Source: Nitrosopumilus sp. (GTDB taxonomy: Archaea; Thermoproteota; Nitrososphaeria; Nitrososphaerales; Nitrosopumilaceae). From it: a DNA stretch of 64,000 bases. Positions 37,431-47,770 of the stretch are shown piece after piece. The stretch lies in contig OY759726.1 of the NCBI GenBank assembly GCA_963662625.1, positions 416,001 to 480,000 on the forward strand, given 5' to 3'. The first letter of the stretch is position 1; every line of letters begins with the position of its first letter. The position numbers were made by a program, and so were the translations under genes. Below the pieces are notes generated by a model, which saw only the letters and a list, made by a program, of their open reading frames with translations, was not told the origin of the DNA and did not search any database.

Positions 37431-37992
37431 GCCCCCGCTCGAACCGCGCGATCTCACCCTCGTGGCGCATGGTCTGCGCGATGTCGTCGAGGCCCTCCAG
37501 CAGGATCCGCTTCTTGTGGGGGTCGATCTCGAACCTGATCCGCTCCGGGCCGGCCGCCACCACCTGGCCCTCCAGGTCCACCTCCACCTGCCCCCGCCAC
37601 GACATCAGCCGGCCCACGGCATCGCGGTCCAGCGCCACCGGCAGGAGGCCGTTCTTGAAGCAGTTGCTGTAAAAGATGTCCGCGAAGGACGGGGCCACTA
37701 CCACCGAGAACCCGTAGTCCAGCAGGGCCCACACGGCGTGCTCGCGGCTGGAGCCGCACCCGAAGTTCTCGCCTGCCACCAGGATCCTGGAGCCCTCGTA
37801 CCTCGCGTCGTTGAGCACAAAGCCGGGCCGCGGGTTCCCCTCCCCGTCGTACCTCCAGTCGTGGAACAGGTACCTGCCGAAGCCGGACTTTTGCACCAGC
37901 TTCAGGAACTGCTTGGGGACGATCTGGTCGGTGTCCACGTTGACCTTGTCGAGCGGGGTTGCGACAGTCCTGACGCCGGCAAACGCTTCCAT
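37408..37992 (-). CDS. leuD: 3-isopropylmalate dehydratase small subunit (bacterial-type)
   Basis: [30 protein letters not shown]. Confidence 0.93.
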   Translation of the reverse strand: MEAFAGVRTVATPLDKVNVDTDQIVPKQFLKLVQKSGFGRYLFHDWRYDGEGNPRPGFVLNDARYEGSRILVAGENFGCGSSREHAVWALLDYGFSVVVAPSFADIFYSNCFKNGLLPVALDRDAVGRLMSWRGQVEVDLEGQVVAAGPERIRFEIDPHKKRILLEGLDDIAQTMRHEGEIARFERGPRAPSAL

Positions 37993-37993
37993 G

Positions 37994-39409
37994 TCAGCCC
38001 AGGTCCAGTTCCCTCACGTCCACGAAGCGCCCCTCGGTGGCCGCGGCGGCTGCCATGACAGGGCTCACAAGGTGGGTCCTGCCGCCGGCGCCCTGCCTGC
38101 CCTCAAAGTTCCTGTTGGACGTGCTCGCGCACCTCTCCCCCGGGGCCAGTATGTCGGGGTTCATCCCGAGGCACATGCTGCACCCGGACTCCCTCCACTC
38201 AAAGTTCGCCTCGGTGAAGATCCTGTCGATCCCCATCCCCTCTGCCTGCCTCTTGACCATCTGGGAGCCGGGCACCACCATCGCCCTCACGCCAGGCGCC
38301 ACCTTCCTGCCCCTCACGGCCCGCGACGCCTCGACCAGGTCCTCCAGCCTGGCGTTGGTGCAGGAGCCGATGAACACCCTGTCGATCTCGATCCCGGTCA
38401 TCGGGGTGCCCGGCTCCAAGCCCATGTACTCGAGGGCCTTCTGCGCTCCCCTCTCCCGGCCCTCGTCGCCTCCCCCGAACTCCTCTGGGGTGGGCACGGA
38501 GCCCGTCACGTCGCAGGTCATCGCGGGGCTCGTCCCCCAGCTCACCTGAGGCGCGATCCCGCCGACGTCCATCGCGTAGCTCCTGTCGTAAGAGGCGCCG
38601 CCGTCGGTCACCAGCTCCTCCCTCCAGCGGTCCACCATGGACTCGTAGTCCCTCGGGGTGTACTGCCTCCCCCTGAGGTACTCGAAGGTCTTCTCGTCGG
38701 GGGCGACCATCCCGGCCCTTGCCCCGGCCTCGATCGACATGTTGCACACGGTCATCCTCTGCTCCATGGAGAGATCGGACACCGCCCGGCCGCGGTACTC
38801 GAGCACCGTGCCGGTGCCGCCGGCGGTCCCGATGTTCCTGATCACGGACAGGACGATGTCCTTTGCCGTGACCGCGTGCGGGTTGCTGCGCCTCCCCTCG
38901 ACCCTGATCTCAAACGACCTCGGCTTTTCCAGCCACAGCGTCTGGGACGCGAGGACGTGCTCCACCTCGCTGGTGCCGATCCCGAGCGCCAGGGCGCCGA
39001 ACGCTCCGTGCGTGGAGGTGTGGCTGTCGCCGCACACTATGGTGGAGCCGGGCAGCGTGATCCCCAGCTGCGGCCCGATGACGTGGACTATCCCCTGGTT
39101 CGGGCTGCGCATGTCGAACAGCGTTACCCCAAAGTCCCTGCAGTTCCTTTCCAGGGCCCTCACCTGGATCGCCGACGTCTGGTCCGCCATCGGGAGGCCG
39201 CGGTCGCCCGTGGGGACGTTGTGGTCCACCGTGGCTATGGTGAGGTCGGGCCGCCGCACGGTCCTGTTGTTCATCCGAAGCCCGTCAAACGCCTGGGGGG
39301 ACGTCACCTCGTGGACCAGGTGCCTGTCGACGTAGAGCAGCGACGGGCCGCCGTCCCCCTCCACCACCACGTGCGAGTCCCAGATCTTCTCGAAGAGCGT
39401 CCGTCCCAT
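37994..39409 (-). CDS. leuC: 3-isopropylmalate dehydratase large subunit (bacterial-type)
   Basis: [41 protein letters not shown]. Confidence 0.95.
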   Translation of the reverse strand: MGRTLFEKIWDSHVVVEGDGGPSLLYVDRHLVHEVTSPQAFDGLRMNNRTVRRPDLTIATVDHNVPTGDRGLPMADQTSAIQVRALERNCRDFGVTLFDMRSPNQGIVHVIGPQLGITLPGSTIVCGDSHTSTHGAFGALALGIGTSEVEHVLASQTLWLEKPRSFEIRVEGRRSNPHAVTAKDIVLSVIRNIGTAGGTGTVLEYRGRAVSDLSMEQRMTVCNMSIEAGARAGMVAPDEKTFEYLRGRQYTPRDYESMVDRWREELVTDGGASYDRSYAMDVGGIAPQVSWGTSPAMTCDVTGSVPTPEEFGGGDEGRERGAQKALEYMGLEPGTPMTGIEIDRVFIGSCTNARLEDLVEASRAVRGRKVAPGVRAMVVPGSQMVKRQAEGMGIDRIFTEANFEWRESGCSMCLGMNPDILAPGERCASTSNRNFEGRQGAGGRTHLVSPVMAAAAATEGRFVDVRELDLG

Positions 39410-39410
39410 C

Positions 39411-39902
39411 CTAGCCCCGGCCCGCCCCGTACTTGAATAGCCCGCCCGCGGCTATGATGTCCCCGATGATGCCCGGGAACGGCCTGGTCTTGTACGTCTG
39501 GCCCGTCGTGACGTTCCTGATCTCGTTTGATCCGGCGTCGACGTCTAGCTCGTCCCCGTCAGATATGCCGCGGTACGCGTCCTCCCCGATCTCTATCGGG
39601 AGCAGGAACGCCCCGTCCACGGCGTTCCTGTAGAATATCCTCGCGAAGGAGAGCGCGAGCACCGCCCTCACGCCGGAGGTCGACAGCGCGATGGGCGCGT
39701 GCTCCCTCGACGAGCCGCACCCGAAGTTCTTCCCGGCGAGCACGAAGTCTCCCTCCCTCACCTTGGAATGGAAGTCGGGATCGATTCCCTCCATCGCGTG
39801 CGTCGCGAGCTCCTCGTAGTCGTGTATCTTGAGGTACTGCCCGGGGATTATGACGTCCGTGTCGATGTTGTCCCGCTCGTACTTTATGGCGCGCCCCCTC
39901 AA
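39411..39902 (-). CDS. Archaeal-type IPMI/homoaconitase small subunit
   Basis: [34 protein letters not shown]; TTG overlaps upstream stop. Confidence 0.88.
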   Translation of the reverse strand: MRGRAIKYERDNIDTDVIIPGQYLKIHDYEELATHAMEGIDPDFHSKVREGDFVLAGKNFGCGSSREHAPIALSTSGVRAVLALSFARIFYRNAVDGAFLLPIEIGEDAYRGISDGDELDVDAGSNEIRNVTTGQTYKTRPFPGIIGDIIAAGGLFKYGAGRG

Positions 39903-41170
39903 TCCAGGTCCCTCGGGTCGGTGATCGTGCCCGTTACCGCCGACGCCGCGGCGACGAGGGGCGAGGAGAGGTACGTCTTGGACTCCACGTGCCCCATCCT
40001 TCCCGGGAAGTTCCTGTTGGTGGTGCTGATGCAGACCTCGTCCTTTGCCAGCACCCCCATGTGCGCGCCGCAGCACGCGCCGCATGTGGGCGGGCCCACC
40101 GTCGCGCCCGCGTCCAGGAAGACCCGGAGCAGCCCGTTCTCCATGGCGCGCCTGTAGATCGATATCGCGGCCGGGAGGATCTCTGTCCTGATCCTCACCT
40201 TCCTTCCCTTGAGCACCCTCGCGGCAGCCTCCAGGTCCTCGTACTTGGCGCCAGTGCAGGATCCTATGTACGACTTGTCCAGCTCCACGGACCCTACCTC
40301 CCTGACCACGGCGGTGTTCTCCGGCGAGAACGGCTTGGCGACCACCGGCTCCATCTCGGCCCCCTCGTACTCCAGGGTCTCGGAGTACCCGGCGTCGGCG
40401 TCCCCGTGCACCGGCCGCATGCCCGAGGCGCCCCTGGATGCCAGGTAGTCCTCGACCTTCCGGTCCGGCTCCACTATGCCGTTCTTGGCGCCGGCCTCGG
40501 TGGTCATGTTGCACAGCGTCAGCCTCCCCTCCACTGACATCTCCTCGATGCCCGTCCCGCCGAACTGCATGGCCCTGTAGGCGCCGCCGTCCGTGCCTAT
40601 GTCGCCGATTATCCTCAGGATGAGGTCCTTTGCCATCACGTGGTCCGGCAGCCTGCCGTTGAGCTTGAAATACGCCGTCTCGGGCACCCTGAACCAGATC
40701 TCCCCGTTCAGCAGCACGTACGCGATGTCAGTGTGGCCCAGGCCGCACGCGAACGCGCCCAGCGCCCCGGTGGTGTTCGTGTGCGAGTCCCCTCCGACGT
40801 AGACGTCGCCCGGGAGCACCATTGCCTCCTCGTGGGACAGCGTGTGGCAGATCCCGTACTGGCCCATGCCGTACTTGAAGTGCCTCTCAATCCCGTAGTC
40901 CCTGGCAAAGTTCTGCAGCTTCACGATGTTCTCGGCAGAGATCTTCTCGGCCGACGGGACGAAGTGGTCCTCGGCCACCCACACCCTCGAGGGATCCCAC
41001 AGCCTGTCTGTGGCGATCCCCTGCTCCCTTAGCTTGTCGAACACCTTGATCACCCCCGGGCCCGACACATCGTGGACCATCACCTTGTCCACCTTGGCAA
41101 ACACCACGTCGCCGGGATCCACGCGGTCCCGCCCCGAGGCCCGCGCGAGGATCTTCTCCACTATGTTCAT
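39899..41170 (-). CDS. Archaeal-type IPMI/homoaconitase large subunit
   Basis: GDSHT, IGSCT, CGACCG, TTNRNFPGRMG. Confidence 0.9.
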   Translation of the reverse strand: MNIVEKILARASGRDRVDPGDVVFAKVDKVMVHDVSGPGVIKVFDKLREQGIATDRLWDPSRVWVAEDHFVPSAEKISAENIVKLQNFARDYGIERHFKYGMGQYGICHTLSHEEAMVLPGDVYVGGDSHTNTTGALGAFACGLGHTDIAYVLLNGEIWFRVPETAYFKLNGRLPDHVMAKDLILRIIGDIGTDGGAYRAMQFGGTGIEEMSVEGRLTLCNMTTEAGAKNGIVEPDRKVEDYLASRGASGMRPVHGDADAGYSETLEYEGAEMEPVVAKPFSPENTAVVREVGSVELDKSYIGSCTGAKYEDLEAAARVLKGRKVRIRTEILPAAISIYRRAMENGLLRVFLDAGATVGPPTCGACCGAHMGVLAKDEVCISTTNRNFPGRMGHVESKTYLSSPLVAAASAVTGTITDPRDLD

Positions 41171-41214
41171 AACCGAGAAGGCCAGTCCTGTGGATTAAAA
41201 GCTTTTCAGGGGCA

Positions 41215-42782
41215 GTAGCTGTATGAGGTCACGCGTGCTGACCCTTTAACCAGCAAGGCGCGATCACGCTGATCCTTACTGCAGGGGGTGCCAGTGCGTG
41301 CGTGGCAAGGCGCAGAACGACCAGGCAGCCGGGGGGCCTGCTGGCACTCGCGCCCGGCGATATCGACTCACTCAAGTCAAAATACGGGGAGGCGGTGGCA
41401 GAGAACAAGAGGCTCCAGGCCCGCCCCGCTTACTGCGGGAACGCCCACTCCCCGCCGTCGGCCAAGTCGCCGGGACGGGAGGAAGCCAGGCGGGCGAGGA
41501 GGAAGGCCCGGAGGGCGGCGGCGGAGGGCGGCGGCGCCCCCGCGGGGAGGCCCGGCGGGCAGCCGGGGCACCGCGGGGCGTCCCGCAGGCACGCGCCTGG
41601 ACGCACGGTGCGCCACGGGTTCAAGGGGGGCGTCCCGCCAGAATGCGGCCGGTGCGGCCGCGGGACCGTGCCGGGCAGGCCCGTCACGCGGGACATCCCG
41701 GGCTTCGAGGTTACCGTGACGGAGACGCGCCGCGCCGCCCGGGCCGACATCGGCCTCGAATGATTTCGATTCGATGCTCGCGGTTACCGTGACGGAGACG
41801 CGCCGCGCCGCCCGGGCCGCCGCGTGCCCCAAGTGCGGCAGGGGGCACGTGGCGCCAAGCGGCCTCCCGGCGCGCGGGGGCCGCGGCAAGAACACGGCGG
41901 CCGCGGCGGCCGCGGCGGCCGCGCTGCGCCACGCGGCCGTCCCGTTCGGGAAGACAGCGGGTGCCGTGCGGGAGATCACCGGGGCGAGGATCGCGAAATC
42001 TGCGGCCATAAACGTGGCGGGGCGCGCCCGCGGCGCGATGCGCGGGCAGTTCCGGGACATCGCGGGCCGCGCCGGGAGGCCCGAGAGGGCCGGGGCCGAT
42101 GAGACGCGCGCCAGCCTGGCGGGAGAGGGCGGGCGGGCGCGGGTCACCCGGTCCGGCAGGAACGCCGTGACCGTGCACGGCCGGAACAGGGGGCCGCGGG
42201 TGCCAGGCAGGCACGTGGACTGGTACCGCGGGACCGCCGCGCCCGGCAGGCCCTCCGCGCACGGGAGGTCCGGTACGGGCGGGCGCCGCCGGCCGTGCCG
42301 GTCCCGCGGGCTGCGGTAGCTGCGGCACGCGGCGGAGAGGAAGGGGGCGGCGCCGCGCGCCGGGGTGCCGCGCCGGCGGGCGTCCGGCGCGTGCGCCGGG
42401 GCGCTGGCGGCCGCCGCCTCGGGCAGGCACTCGGCGCGCCTGCGCCGCGCCTCCGGGTCTGGGATGCGCAGGCTGCCGTTCGGGCACGGGGACGCCGGGG
42501 GCACCGCGCCTGCCCCCCTGGCGGGCAGGCTGCAGGCGCCGCCGCCCCGCCCGTCCGCGTTCCCGGGGCACGGGGGGGCGGGCCCACGGACAGCGCCCCC
42601 GGGCGCGGCCTGCGGCACATGGCGGTGTCCCGAAAGACAGGCGGCCAGACCAAGGGCGGGAAGCCCTGGAGGGACAGGCGGTCCCGCTCCATGGCGTGCA
42701 TGATCACGTGGGAGAGGCACGGGAAATCCCTGTCAGGCGGGGTACCCAAGACAGTGTAGGGGTGGTGACCTCGTACCACCAC
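41215..42782 (+). mobile_element. Degenerate IS66-family (single-ORF type) element
   Basis: Fragments NAHSPPS, PGGQPGHRG, CGRCG, CPKCG, ADET across broken frames; imperfect TIRs GTAGCTGTATGAGGTCAC / GTGGTGGTACGAGGTCAC (14 of 18 match). Confidence 0.75.
41709..41819. repeat. Perfect 38-bp direct repeat flanking a 35-bp insertion
   Basis: GGTTACCGTGACGGAGACGCGCCGCGCCGCCCGGGCCG at 41709-41746 and 41782-41819. Confidence 0.92.
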
Positions 42783-42824
42783 CTGCGCTTAAAAGGTTAA
42801 ATAAAAAAGCCCGGTTGCTGTACC

Positions 42825-43049
42825 ATGGACGAGGTTCCAATCACCGGCAACCAGCAGTGCCTGGAGGACGCCATATTCCGGGAGGACAAAAAATACGTCG
42901 GGGAGTGGGTGCTGATTGTCGACGAGAGGGTGGCGTACCACGGGCCTGACGGGGACGAGCTGCTGGCCGAGGTGAGGAAGGCCCAGAAACGCGGCGTCTC
43001 CCCGCTGGTGCATTATGTCGGGGACGAGCACGACGCATTCCTGCTGTGA
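42825..43049 (+). CDS. DUF5678-like small protein
   Basis: KYVGEWVLIVDERVAYHG pattern; precedes an aspartyl protease. Confidence 0.7.
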   Translation: MDEVPITGNQQCLEDAIFREDKKYVGEWVLIVDERVAYHGPDGDELLAEVRKAQKRGVSPLVHYVGDEHDAFLL

Positions 43050-43059
43050 GGCCCGCGCC

Positions 43060-43473
43060 ATGTCTGCCACATTCAGGTACATTCCTTTGACTTACGGCGA
43101 CCAACGTCTGAGGAGGCCTGCATTGGAGGTACGGCTTACCCACAAGTACAGCATCAACATTCACGCATACGTGGACAGCGGCGCATCGCACACATTTGTC
43201 CCACAAAGGTACGCAAAACTTGCCGGGCTTTTAGATGAAGGCAACGCAGTGAAGGTTCAACATATTGAGGGATCATACGAGGCCAGGATGGTAGCTGTCA
43301 GGTCAATGGAGATAATGCGGGGCCAGGAAGTGTTTGAGAACATGCGTGGCCAGACGGTGCTGGTTGGAGAGAGCGACATCCAATTCTGCATTCTTGGCCG
43401 GAATTCGGTCTTTAGGTATTTTGACATCACTTTCTCTGAAAAGCGCAGGAGGGTTACGCTGACCCGTGTTTAG
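43060..43473 (+). CDS. Retropepsin-like single-domain aspartyl protease
   Basis: RP...AYVDSGASHT and ILGRNSVF motifs; lower GC than core. Confidence 0.8.
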   Translation: MSATFRYIPLTYGDQRLRRPALEVRLTHKYSINIHAYVDSGASHTFVPQRYAKLAGLLDEGNAVKVQHIEGSYEARMVAVRSMEIMRGQEVFENMRGQTVLVGESDIQFCILGRNSVFRYFDITFSEKRRRVTLTRV

Positions 43474-43861
43474 TGGAGACGTCAGTATTTGGCGGAACGG
43501 GCTGGCCGCTGGCGGCGCAGGCATTCCGGGGCGCATGAAGGGTCCGGCCTGTCCTGGCAGGTCCGGCGGGGCGCCGCTTGGGGAGCCCCTGCTTCGGCTT
43601 GCGTGCGGGGGTTTTTTGCGGGCTTTGTGCTGCCGGGCCGCCCCCGCAGCCGTCTGCAAACTCTTCCTTGCTTATGTTGGCATACCGCAGTATGGAAAAC
43701 AGGGGTTTGATCCTCAGTTTTTTGTTCCCTGCGGGCACAACTGTGACTTCACTTCCCCTTCTTAGCGTTGCGTGGATTCCTTTCCTGCGGGTCACGGCAA
43801 ATCCCCTGCCTTGCAGGTATCTTGTCATTTGATTGCCGGATATTCTTGGGAACTTTGGCAT
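43454..43861 (-). CDS. hicA: HicA family toxin (aberrant 3' extension)
   Basis: ISGNQMTRYL..GF....KGIH...VVP....L....L.SIL..A; low-complexity tail after ~aa 70. Confidence 0.7.
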   Translation of the reverse strand: MPKFPRISGNQMTRYLQGRGFAVTRRKGIHATLRRGSEVTVVPAGNKKLRIKPLFSILRYANISKEEFADGCGGGPAAQSPQKTPARKPKQGLPKRRPAGPARTGRTLHAPRNACAASGQPVPPNTDVSTKHGSA

Positions 43862-44073
43862 TATTGCTCTATTATAAGCATGTTAAAGTCTGTCGGGCTC
43901 CCACGTTCCTCGGCTGCCAGCCCCACCGCCTCTTTCATGCTTTCGGCCACAGCCCCAAACGTGCCTCCCTCCGAAACTGCGTGCAGCTCGTCGCATGTGC
44001 CGACGAACCCCCCGTCCTCGAGATCCTTGGTTATTACCACCGCATACGTTTTCTTTTGTATGGTTGTGGTCAT
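43861..44073 (-). CDS. hicB: HicB family antitoxin (short)
   Basis: YAVVI.KD.EDGGF...C.EL..VSEG.T......MKEA; TAATG coupling to hicA. Confidence 0.75.
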   Translation of the reverse strand: MTTTIQKKTYAVVITKDLEDGGFVGTCDELHAVSEGGTFGAVAESMKEAVGLAAEERGSPTDFNMLIIEQ

Positions 44074-44168
44074 GGCACTACCAGTCGTCAATTGTACGGA
44101 AAGTCGGTCCGCGCCGGATCAAGAGGACGGTAGCCGGCCATTCTAGGCCGTACCGATCACGGAAGGCC

Positions 44169-44898
44169 ATGACAGGAAGACTTGCTGAGGGGTCCCGGAA
44201 GTGCCCGGTCAGGCAGCGAGAGAAGGGCGTGCCGTCATCCCGGGTGGCGGCCGACCTGGGAATCACCGCCAGGCACGTGCAGGGGCCGCGGGCGGGGTTC
44301 CCGGGGACCGGAACGGCGGCGGCGGGCCGACGCGGCAGGCGCGGTTGCGCGCGCAAGGAGGCGCAAGACGGTGACAGTGGTGCAGGACGGGCCCGTCTTC
44401 GTCAGGATGGGCACCAACGGCAGGAGGCTGTGGTCCCGCGTCGGGGAGGGGGTCGCCGTCAGCAGGTCCGGCAGGAGGGACAGGGTGGTAGTGTACGGCT
44501 CCCTCGCGGCCGACGGGACGAGGCCGGTGCGGCCGTGCGGCAGGTCCGGCGGGGATGCCTTCCTGGCGTACCTCAAGGAGATCCGGCGCGAGCGGGGGCG
44601 CGCGCCGGTGATAACGGGCAACGCGGGGCAGCACAGGACGGCGGGCGCGGGGGAATGCCTGCGGGACCACCGAGAGATCGGGGTGCCGTGCCTTCCCGCC
44701 GCCGCGCCGAAGCCCGGCGCGGCGGGGGCCGTGTGGAAGGAGGCAAAGCACGGGCTGGTCACGCCCGGGCACTACGAGACGCTGGATGGACTGAAGCGTG
44801 CGGTCTCGGAGTATTTCAGGACGTGCCCGATCAGGGCGGGCACCTGCAAGTTCCTGTACCGCTCCATCTGAGACGAAATTTTCAATGATCGTCACTAA
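44169..44898 (+). mobile_element. Degenerate IS630-family transposase remnant, preceded by an HTH fragment
   Basis: VVQDG..F, ITGNAGQH (DNAxxH), LPAAAPKPGAAGAVW (LPxxSPELNxIExxW); right end ...GATCGTCACTA. Confidence 0.7.
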
Positions 44899-44948
44899 AG
44901 GCAGGCAATTTCACGGTTTTGGGGCGCGGCCGAAGGGCAGGAATGGGA

Positions 44949-45668
44949 TCAGTGCCCCTCCACGACCGATATCACGGCGTTTGCCATCCTGACCGCGTGC
45001 TCCTCGGTGAGGTGTCCCAGTATTGAGTAGTGGTTGGACTCTGTCAGGAACAGCATTTTCAACGGCGAGATTACTCCGAGCGTGCCGTCAGGGTACACCG
45101 TTTGCGCCATTTCCATCATCAAGGCCTTTCCCAGGGAGTCGCTGACGTCGGTCAGCCTGTACATCGGGTTCGTGTTGTTGTTGTAGAGGTTCAGCGGTTC
45201 GCCCTGTCGTGGGGCAAAGCTTACGGTTATGTAGTTCTGGGAGAAGAGCAGTTCCAGGTCGGTGTTGTCCTCCGTCAGGGGGACCTTTCCAAGCAGGAGC
45301 ACGGTATTGTCCGGGTGGCGGTACACCTGCAGGTGGGAGTACTCGCTGCCTGCCGCCTTCAGGAGCGGGACATACTGGGAATACTGCGGGTTCGGGATCC
45401 TGGGGCCGCCGGCACCCGTGGCGTTTATGAACGGCGTCACCTCGTCGTCGAAATAATGCCCCCTGGACAGCTTTGAGGCGGGGGGGATGCCGCCGCCCAT
45501 GACCCTGGGAAGATCCGCGGTCACGGGCACTGCCGGATCAGGCGATTCCGTGTGGACGCCGCCTTCCGGAGACTCGTCTGAAGCCCAATATGTACCGGCA
45601 AAGAGCACTACTATGGCCACAGCTATTCCGGCCCCGCCCACGGAGATCGCCGCCCTCCTGTCTAGCAT
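44949..45668 (-). CDS. Membrane-anchored hypothetical protein
   Basis: N-terminal TM (GAGIAVAIVVLFAG); start overlaps upstream gene stop. Confidence 0.65.
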   Translation of the reverse strand: MLDRRAAISVGGAGIAVAIVVLFAGTYWASDESPEGGVHTESPDPAVPVTADLPRVMGGGIPPASKLSRGHYFDDEVTPFINATGAGGPRIPNPQYSQYVPLLKAAGSEYSHLQVYRHPDNTVLLLGKVPLTEDNTDLELLFSQNYITVSFAPRQGEPLNLYNNNTNPMYRLTDVSDSLGKALMMEMAQTVYPDGTLGVISPLKMLFLTESNHYSILGHLTEEHAVRMANAVISVVEGH

Positions 45669-47450
45669 GGGGGTGATGCCCCCTTGCCGGTTTTGGTGTG
45701 CCGGTACGGCTCGTCGCCGGTTCCGCACTCGTATACCTTGTAGTGGTCTCCCTCCTCCCGGATAATTGTGGTGCTGAAATCGGTCGAGACTACGTCCGTC
45801 GAATCCATCTCAAGGTCATTCCAGTCGTGCTGGTATAGCGGGTTGGTGGGCCTCGTGGCCTCGCTCCCGATGGTGAATTTGGTTATGGACACTGGCATTT
45901 CCGTTACATATTCGCACTACGCCTCCTTCCCGCCACTGTGCGTCGCGGTCACCGTCCATTTTTTTCCACTATCGTCTGATTTCTCCACCCTGATGCTGAA
46001 TACGTCGCCGTCGGAAACCGCGATGGGCGTTTTATTCTGTAACATGCCGTGGGCCCCGCACCCCGCGCTTTCTTCGGCGTGACTGTCAAGGAACCCGGCC
46101 TCGATAAATCGATCGTTGCTGAAATGTACCCACATGGGGTTTTGGATAAAGCCGGAGCCGTAAGGGACGCCTATGTCGCCCACGGTCAAGTCCACGTTGA
46201 CGCTTGATGGCGGTGTCTTGGGAACGTAGGTCTTGATCGCATAGCACCGCTTTTCATTGTTGATGCCCGACGCCGGGCACTCGGTAGCCGTGTCGTCCAG
46301 CCCGATGGTGATGGAATGCGTGCTGGCCGGAAGGGGGTCATCAAACACCTTGGCCCCAAGAACCTTCACTCCGTTGGGGTAGGTGATGACAGGCGTGGTT
46401 GCCTCAAACCCTGCCGACGGCGCCGCCTGGGCAAGAAAGTCGGCAGGCATGAGGTCCGTCTTGGACGCCTTGCCGTCCGCCCCGGTGGTTGCAGCCTCCA
46501 GCTCGTTTGTGGTGTACGTGTGGACATGCACGTTTTCCCCGTATATTGGCGGTTCCCCGGCGTCCTTCACGCCGTCCCCGTCCACGTCATGAAACACGTC
46601 GATGTCCAGCGTCACCTGCTTCTCGGGTGGCACCGGGTAAAACCCAACCTTAAACTCATTTCTGGAACCGGTGTTTGGCCTCACCACGTATTCGTAGAAC
46701 TCGCCTGACGTGATGGTGTGATCAAACGGAAAATAACCGGTCTGGACCAGCGTGCTGCCCGGGGTGGGGGCGACCAGGCCGAATTCGTAGCTGCCGTCGC
46801 TGCCGGTGGTTCTGCTCCTTTGTTCTGACGTCAGCAGGTCTATGACGTACATGGCGTACCCCTGGATTCCTGGCTCCCCGGCGTCCTTCTTGCCGTCGCC
46901 GTCGGTGTCTGAGAACACGGTTCCGTGGATCGTGGCGTCGTTGTCCTCGGTCACGTTTCGCAGGGCAAATTCGTCTGGGTGTGGCGGCCCTGTGGATATC
47001 CTCACGTCGTGGAAGTAATGGCTGTGGGTTGACGGCACCATCCCGGTCGGGACGTCTACATGGATCCTATACGTCCCGGGCTCTAGACTTAGGGCGTACG
47101 CGCCGTCATTATCCGTTTCAGAGCTGAATTTCGCAGAGTCGGCGGTCCTGGTTGCGTGCACCCCTGTCTTTATGCCTCGCTCCGTATCCTCCTTGCTGCT
47201 GTTGTCGTTTTCATCCAGAAACACCACCCTTTGCTTCCACCGTGAATGTGGAGCCCCCGGTCTGGCTGCTTGTAACGACGCGGTGTCCCTCCCCAAACCC
47301 CATGACACCGCTGTCTGCAAACGCGCCGTGCCCGCCTCCGGCCTGCGGGGATGCGTCCCTTGCCGCGGAATGGTCGGTGGCCGACAGCGCGGCCAGCGCG
47401 ACGAGTGTCCCCGCGGCGGCCAGCAGTGTGGCGGCTCTTCTGTTTTTCAA
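45662..47450 (-). pseudogene. Secreted SdrD B-like domain surface protein, disrupted by a frameshift and an in-frame TAG
   Basis: Signal peptide in ORF 47211..47450; frameshift near 47228; three VFxDxDxDG..D..E..I units; TAG at 45917-45919 with the frame continuing to 45662. Confidence 0.75.
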
Positions 47451-47591
47451 TGGTGCTTTTTTTGACTCCCGGCCTCCATTTAAGCATGCGTGGCACAGTG
47501 CTCCAAGACTGTGACATGGTCACGCCTTCCTTGAAGGTGGGGCCCCCGCCCAAAAAACCGCGATTGCCGGCTTCTGGAGTGGTGCAAGCCC

Positions 47592-47770
47592 CCCGTGAAG
47601 ATGGTGCCGGAAAGATCGCTTTTGAATTGAGGTCGCGTCCCCTGTTGTGGTGCAGCCCCACTCCCCGTGAAGATGGGGCCGGAAAGATCGCTTTCGAACC
47701 CGATAGGCGCAAGTGGGTCAGCAGGTGTTTTTTGCCCGTGAAGATGGGGCCGGAAAGATCGCTTTTGAAC
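47592..47770 (+). CRISPR. Orphan CRISPR-like mini-array (3 repeats, 2 spacers)
   Basis: 36-bp repeat CCCGTGAAGATGGGGCCGGAAAGATCGCTTTTGAAC at 47592, 47664, 47735 (0-2 mismatches); spacers 36 and 35 bp; no cas genes in window; orientation uncertain. Confidence 0.55.

Noticed and set aside
45917-45919. In-frame TAG as pyrrolysine or programmed readthrough
   Set aside because: The same gene also has a frameshift and no pyl genes are visible; nonsense mutation is simpler.
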